The notes below the pieces were generated by a model. It worked only from the letters and a program-made list of their open reading frames with translations, was not told the origin of the DNA and searched no databases. This document shows positions 58,777 to 64,000 of a stretch of 64,000 bases of DNA, one piece after another. Each line of letters starts with the position of its first letter. The stretch's first letter is position 1. Source of the DNA: Spirochaetia bacterium (GTDB lineage: Bacteria; Spirochaetota; Spirochaetia; SZUA-6; Bin103); NCBI GenBank assembly GCA_965203905.1, contig CBDBDQ010000005.1:4512001-4576000 (forward strand), given 5' to 3'. Made by a program: the position numbers and the translations under genes.

Positions 58777-59009
58777 CTCCTTGAGAATCAAGGCACACCA
58801 TATGCCCCTATGAAGTTTGCGCCGTCTATGCTACCGACTTCATAGGAAAAAATGTGGAGCAACGAATCAGGATGTTCTTGTTGATTAGCACACAAGAACA
58901 TTGGCTGAAAATCATTGGCAAAAACCGCATGGTTTCTGTCAATGACGCATCGTTTACACTTCGGATGAGCCGAAAATTTTATTGGATTCTGTAAACGGTG
59001 CCACCACTC

Positions 59010-59044
59010 TCTCCAGGGGTCTCGGTCCCTGGGGAGATTTTTTT
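59010..59044 (+). terminator. Rho-independent terminator-like hairpin
   Basis: TCTCCAGGG...CCCTGGGGAGA stem followed by T7. Confidence 0.6.
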
Positions 59045-59095
59045 GCCTCTACCAAGGTTTAGACAGGTTGCAGCCATCGTGAACATTGAAGCAAT

Positions 59096-59311
59096 TCAAC
59101 GCCGAGTGTTGAGATAGGTTCGCAGGTACAACCGAAATGCTCGCCAATGGACCTGTTGAATCGTGCAATTAGAATCCTGAGCGATGGCCATGATAGCTCT
59201 TTTAAAAATCGGATGGCGGTCAACTATTCCACGGTGACACGCGGAGTCTCCATGAGGCCATTCTGTAATCTCGAGCGCTTCCTGAATTGCTTTTTCAAGT
59301 TCGCCATGCAT
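59096..59311 (-). CDS. Small hypothetical protein, possible ribbon-helix-helix-like
   Basis: SD AGGAG upstream; 71 aa; C-terminal FKRAIMAIAQDSNCTIQQVHWRAFRLYL. Confidence 0.45.
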   Translation of the reverse strand: MHGELEKAIQEALEITEWPHGDSACHRGIVDRHPIFKRAIMAIAQDSNCTIQQVHWRAFRLYLRTYLNTRR

Positions 59312-59908
59312 AACTCTCTCCTACCATGACGGGGCACATGGGGTCAACTTTGACCGTAAGTCCTTATGTACTAATAAGTTAATCGCCCCACGCGCCCGAC
59401 GCGGCACGATGATGTTAACCGGGTCTATCGAAGCTTTAGCACCGTTAACCAAATTAACCTCAAAAACCGCTTGACTCCTGATCTAGCATATCGTATTAAC
59501 AACGGTAGAGTCAGGTTGCGCCATGACATATCTGTTGGGCATTCCTACCAATTCAGCTTGGCTCTATTGATTCTGTCTCAAGCTGGGCCATGACATATAT
59601 GTACACGGCCCGAATACAAATAACCATCCGTCCGCATGGAGAAATAAAGAAACTCACCTCACCAAGGTGGGTAAAAAATCCATGGAGGGTGCCATTTATG
59701 CACATACTCCGAATACGGATACGATGGAAGAGGAATCATTACACAACGGTTTATCGATGCGCGATTCCTCAAAGGGCAGTTTAGATACATAGTTACTGAT
59801 ATAGTTAAAGTGACGGGCAAGGAGGAACAGATTTGAGTTAATTCCCCTTGCCCATTTTCCTGGGCTTATATACCCAAGAGCCAGCGGGAGCCGGGCCGTC
59901 GCTTAGCT

Positions 59909-60418
59909 CTAATCATCTTCCTCAATAGCATCAAAAAACTCCCTGATTTTTTTGAGGTTGTACCTATAATCTATCTTTCGGTACAATTCATCGAAAAATA
60001 TGGACATGTGCTTAGCCTTGGTGGGGCACTTGATATTGCACCGCTTTGCAAGGAACCCGAGGACTTTGGAGGTTCTATCGCGGAGTATTAATTCAGCAGG
60101 TCGGTCCTCTCCTCTCGGCCTTGTAAGATCATAGCACCTCGACAATTGCGCGAGTTCGTCGCGCATGTTGCGCAGCATCACAATCTTCCTATTGCCAAGC
60201 ACTAGAACCGCTGCAACTGTCAAAAATATCGTGCTGAGTAGCAGCCAGACTACAGCCCAATTTATCTCTACAGACGGGAACAACCCGGTTTCGAGACCGA
60301 GCCATTCAGCTAAACTGGCCAATCCGGCTAGAACCCCAATCACTCCCGACAGCGCCCGGCCCACCCTGCGCAGAAGTCCCATAGCGGGGGCCACATTACC
60401 CCCCGGCTCAGTCATCAT
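59909..60418 (-). CDS. Hypothetical two-TM membrane protein
   Basis: 169 aa ORF in AT-rich DNA with two hydrophobic helices followed by a basic cytoplasmic domain. Confidence 0.6.
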   Translation of the reverse strand: MMTEPGGNVAPAMGLLRRVGRALSGVIGVLAGLASLAEWLGLETGLFPSVEINWAVVWLLLSTIFLTVAAVLVLGNRKIVMLRNMRDELAQLSRCYDLTRPRGEDRPAELILRDRTSKVLGFLAKRCNIKCPTKAKHMSIFFDELYRKIDYRYNLKKIREFFDAIEEDD

Positions 60419-60545
60419 CTTATTACCCAGAGAGAATCTCGCTTCGTTCCTAAGCAGACCACACTATCGTGCCTGATTGCTGCCGGCGTGTCAATTTCGG
60501 AGTAATTCGTTATATCTTCGTTAATTAGCCGACCCGGGGGCGCTG

Positions 60546-60758
60546 CTATATACAGCCGCCCCCAACCATTTTCGTCGCGATAGCCCTACTTTCTTCGCCG
60601 TCTACTTCTTCTCCGGCGATAAAATATCCGGAGATACCAGGGCATCGGAAACTTCTCTTCTCTGGCGTTAGGGTCTGGTGGAAGATTGTTCGCATGAGTA
60701 AACATCCGTTTGAAGACCTCTTCCATGCGTGCCAAAGTAGGATGCTTTCTTGTGACAT
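60546..60758 (-). CDS. Small hypothetical protein downstream of the IS1595 transposase
   Basis: SD GGAGG upstream; ends in a GC hairpin at 60536-60563. Confidence 0.35.
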   Translation of the reverse strand: MSQESILLWHAWKRSSNGCLLMRTIFHQTLTPEKRSFRCPGISGYFIAGEEVDGEESRAIATKMVGGGCI

Positions 60759-60795
60759 CTGACCTCCAACCGTATTTTTGGGTTGCTTGGGACCG

Positions 60796-61770
60796 TTAGG
60801 TTCTACAAGCGCCCCGTCCTGATACCAAATCCTTCCTCTTCAATCTCTTTCCAAGTAAACCCATAGCCACCATCGCCATCCTTTCCAGCGTATCAAGATC
60901 GCGGATATTGTATCGTCCAGCAAACTCGTTTACGTATCTCTGCAAATGCTTACCGCTCATGCGATGGTATACTCCCTTGTATCCGCGCTTCAATAGACCC
61001 CAAGAATTTTCCGTGCCATAATGTGCACGTCACCGTTGACATAGCTCCAGCCGCCATGATTGACGGATTCATAGTTTCGCATTCCCTGGTACGCAGTATG
61101 GTCGTCGGTGTATATCGTCGCTCCGTCCTCAACCCGTTCTTTTACGAATCTCTGGAAAGTAGCCCTTTCTCGATCCGACACTACCTTGGCCGTCACTTGA
61201 CCAGTCTCGCGGTTTTTTTTCCCGCGACAATCGTTTTGGCTTGGCGCCAGGTATCATACTACTGTTTTCTGTCATAGTGCATGAACCTCCACTGGCCACC
61301 AAACATAGCTTCATCAACGTCGACGGTGCCTTCCATCTTCTCTGCTTCCAGAAGGTTAATCGGCTCGTCGAATTGATCTGCAAAGCCTTCCCTGATTCGC
61401 TGCAACAGAAACCAAGCGGTGGGCTGAGAGATTTTCAGCTCTTGCACAATACCGTCGATGCAATTCCCTTTGGACTTGTGACCAACATATAAATGGCGAA
61501 TATCCATTTCTGGAGCCCTACGTGGGTTCCTTCCATAATCGTGTCTTTTCGAACCGAGAATCCGAACCGGCACGGACGACAGCGAAACGGAGTAGGTTTC
61601 CTGCTGGCTACTTCTATAATTGAATCGGAGCCACAAGCAGGACAGCGTACATCCTTTTTTTAGGCCAACGCAATCTTTCCAGCCATTGCTCGGCTGCAAG
61701 ATTATTGGGGAACGCTTGCATCAACTGAAACACCGAAAGGTCGGCGTGTGAGGCTCTTGCAGAGACTCTG
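60796..61770 (-). mobile_element. IS1595 family (ISXO2-like) transposase pseudogene
   Basis: Pieces in several frames: FPNNLAAEQWLERLRWP, RCPACGS..RCRPC zinc ribbon, TAWFLLQRIRE, VDVDEAMFGG, IYTDD and GVYHRMSGKHLQRYVNEF. Confidence 0.88.
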
Positions 61771-61980
61771 TGAGCGTTGATGAGGAGTTGGGGACGCGAT
61801 ACCAAGAGGACTGGATGGTAACCCGGCTTCGGCCGGGACGCCTTCAGAGCGTCGACGGCGCCGCGAATCGCCAGAATTCGCAGGTCATGCCACCTCCGTG
61901 GCTGGGTGCGGACAGTACTGTGGCCTGTCTCCGGGAGATCAACTTGGTCTCGCGCTACCGGATCGGAACGAAGGTCGAGT

Positions 61981-62925
61981 TCAGTTCACCAGACGTAACA
62001 ACTGATCCACGGTCAACGCCAGGACCCCGAACATCAGGTGGCACAGCACCTTGCTGTGGCCGCGCACGCGTACCTGCCGGGCGCCGAACTCATCCTTCAG
62101 CCGACCGTTGACGCGCTCCACCGTCGACCGCTCCCGGTAGCGCACCTCCTTGGCGTCCACCTGGCCCAGCGTGCGCCGCGCTTTCGCCTCCTGCTTCAGT
62201 TCCTGCTTGAATGCGGCACTGTTGTTGCGCGGATTCACATCAATGATCGGCACATGCCCGAGCGCCTCGCTGTGCGCTCTGATCTCGACGGCATCATAGG
62301 CTGCGTCCATCAGGTCGTACAGACTGGTGACCCGTGCCGCGGTCATGGTGGCCAACGGAATCGCGACTTGGCTGTCGTGCACCGAGGCCGAGGTCAAGAT
62401 GCAACTGAGCGGAATCCCGCCGTCGGCCGCGTCGATATGCAGTTTGTAGCCGATCCAGAATTCTTGGTAGCCTTTGGCGTTGCGCTTGGTGCCCACAGCA
62501 CAGGCCTGCGGCAGGTCGTCGAGCATCGCCGCCAGCGTCATGCTCTGCTGCCGCTCAAGACGGCTCGGTTGCTTGGGCCGTTCCTCGCCCTTGCGCGGGC
62601 GCCCGCGCTTGCGCTTCGGCTTGGCTGGCTGCTTGGGCTTCGGCGTCGCTTTCTCGCGCCCCTCGATCGCCGTCGCATCGCGTGACACGTGGCCGACCAA
62701 CTGCTCGGCCATGGTGTCCTCGATCAGCGCCTGGTGCAGGCGACTCGGCAAGGCACCCTCGGCAAACCCGGCAAAGGCCCGCGAGAAGGTCGCCTCGCTG
62801 GGCAGCGCGCCTCTATTCTCCCAGCCGCACAGACGGCGCAGCGCCTGGTCGTTGCCCAGCCGCTCGCGCAGCGCCCTGGTAGTGTCGATCCCGAACACCG
62901 CCTTGGCGATGAAGGCGCGCGCCAA
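61981..62925 (-). mobile_element. IS5/IS1182-like DDE transposase, 5'-truncated
   Basis: PSEATFSRAF, SRDATAI, GYKLH, DAAYD and RSTVERVNGRLK; the N-terminus is replaced by the adjacent element. Confidence 0.85.
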
Positions 62926-63080
62926 CGCTTCTCAGCGCCCGCGCTCTGATAGTGGAAAAGGGATGATATTCTCGGTTTGCTGTAGCTGAGACTGAGCAGA
63001 GAGAAGAAGGGAAACCGGGCATATAGGGTTGCAACCTGACCCGGTTTCCCCTCCAACAGCAACCATACTCATACTCGATA

Positions 63081-63737
63081 TTGACCAGCTACCACTTCGG
63101 GGAGTTCCGGGATGGCTGGCAGGGAGTACTCCAGGGGGCGCGCTGTCCGGCTTGCGGCAGCACCCGGTTGGGGCATCACAGCAGCTACCAGAAGTATCTG
63201 TACGAGCAGCCGATCACAATCCTGCGGCTGCGCTGTTGGGGATGTGGGCGCACCCATGCGGTGATCCCTTCGTGGTCGCTGCCGGACACCTCGGTGGGCA
63301 CCGCGGAGGTAGAGCGCTACCTGGAGGCGCGCGAACGTGGCGCCAGCCGCGCCGTGGCGCTGGAAGAACTGCGGGAGCGGGGGATGCACGCCGGCTACGG
63401 CAAGCAACTGGAGCGCCGGCTGGGTGTGATCGTGAGCCGTGGCAAGGCGCTGTGGCCGCAGGCGGCCGACCTGCACCGCGCCGGCTTGGCATGGATCCGC
63501 GACGCCTGCGCGCCGTTGCCGGCCACCGCTCCGCTGCTGAGTCTCAACCACTTCTGTCTGAGTCACCGCGTCAACGCGATCTGCTGTGCCCGCGTTTCGA
63601 TCCTGTTGTTCGGACGCCCTCCGCTACCAGCACGGAAGCGACCCTCTGCCCCGGCTTGCAGGCGCCGCATAGTCTCTGGGTCATCATCCGCGCCCCCAGG
63701 AGGCACCCATGACCCCAGAACAACGCGCGGACCGTGA
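63081..63737 (+). CDS. DUF6431-like zinc-finger accessory protein of a transposon
   Basis: CPACG...HSSY...RLRCWGCGRTHAVIP; lies upstream of a DDE integrase. Confidence 0.7.
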   Translation: MTSYHFGEFRDGWQGVLQGARCPACGSTRLGHHSSYQKYLYEQPITILRLRCWGCGRTHAVIPSWSLPDTSVGTAEVERYLEARERGASRAVALEELRERGMHAGYGKQLERRLGVIVSRGKALWPQAADLHRAGLAWIRDACAPLPATAPLLSLNHFCLSHRVNAICCARVSILLFGRPPLPARKRPSAPACRRRIVSGSSSAPPGGTHDPRTTRGP

Positions 63738-64000
63738 CTGCAGAATCACCGAGTTCCGCTACCAGTTGGTGGCCGAGTTGGCCAACCCTTACCTGTCCGC
63801 CACCAAGTGCCGAGAATTGATCCAGCAGAAGGCCCAGATCCAGCACGAGGTGCCGTTCCTCGGTCCACGTCGCCATTCGGTGGGCTGCATCCACAAGTGG
63901 CTGACCTTCTACCGCAAGCATGGCAGAGCTGGCTTGGCCCCGCGCCCGCGGCGCGATGCCGGACGCGCACGCTCGCTCTCCGACACCGAGACTGCCGTGT
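63709..64000 (+). mobile_element. DDE integrase/transposase (Mu/TnsB/IS481-like) N-terminus, partial
   Basis: SD AGGAGG, then MTPEQ...EFRYQLVAEL...IHKWLTFYRKHGRAGLAPRPRRDAG (HTH typical of rve transposases); open to the window end. Confidence 0.8.

Noticed and set aside
58930-59006. tRNA ending in GCCACCA before a terminator
   Set aside because: No GTTCGA T-loop or cloverleaf pairing upstream.
59365-59390. IS1595 terminal inverted repeat (GGCGATTAAC on the minus strand)
   Set aside because: No matching inverted partner found at the other side of the transposase, which is disrupted.

Overview
High-GC bacterial chromosomal window; the signal-peptide style of the ABC substrate-binding protein and the gene repertoire suggest a host-associated spirochaete-like organism (inference). 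The backbone carries serS, hisS, pckA, amt, rtcB, many catabolic enzymes, a sugar ABC transporter, a five-gene partner-switching/sensor-kinase cluster and a circularly permuted ATP-grasp/alpha-E pair. Several AT-richer accessory blocks are interspersed. (1) A 2.2-kb cassette encodes a putative ADP-ribosyltransferase-fold toxin, a WDGxGA-motif protein and an FN3 fusion. (2) A decayed RES-Xre toxin-antitoxin pair follows hisS. (3) A defence island at about 38.2-53.9 kb is centred on an intact, translationally coupled 10.8-kb three-gene operon: NERD-pseudokinase-kinase-ATPase, a DndG/MAD7-like protein, and a PD-(D/E)XK-HerA ATPase. It resembles the DndFGH or MAD6-8 effector module but has no modification genes nearby, and it is the best candidate for an undescribed system. 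(4) A nested stack of broken IS elements occupies 58-64 kb. A sensor-HAMP-MFS fusion in an operon with Amt is the other notable oddity. No rRNA, tRNA or CRISPR array was found. All family assignments come from motif recognition by eye; no database searches were run.
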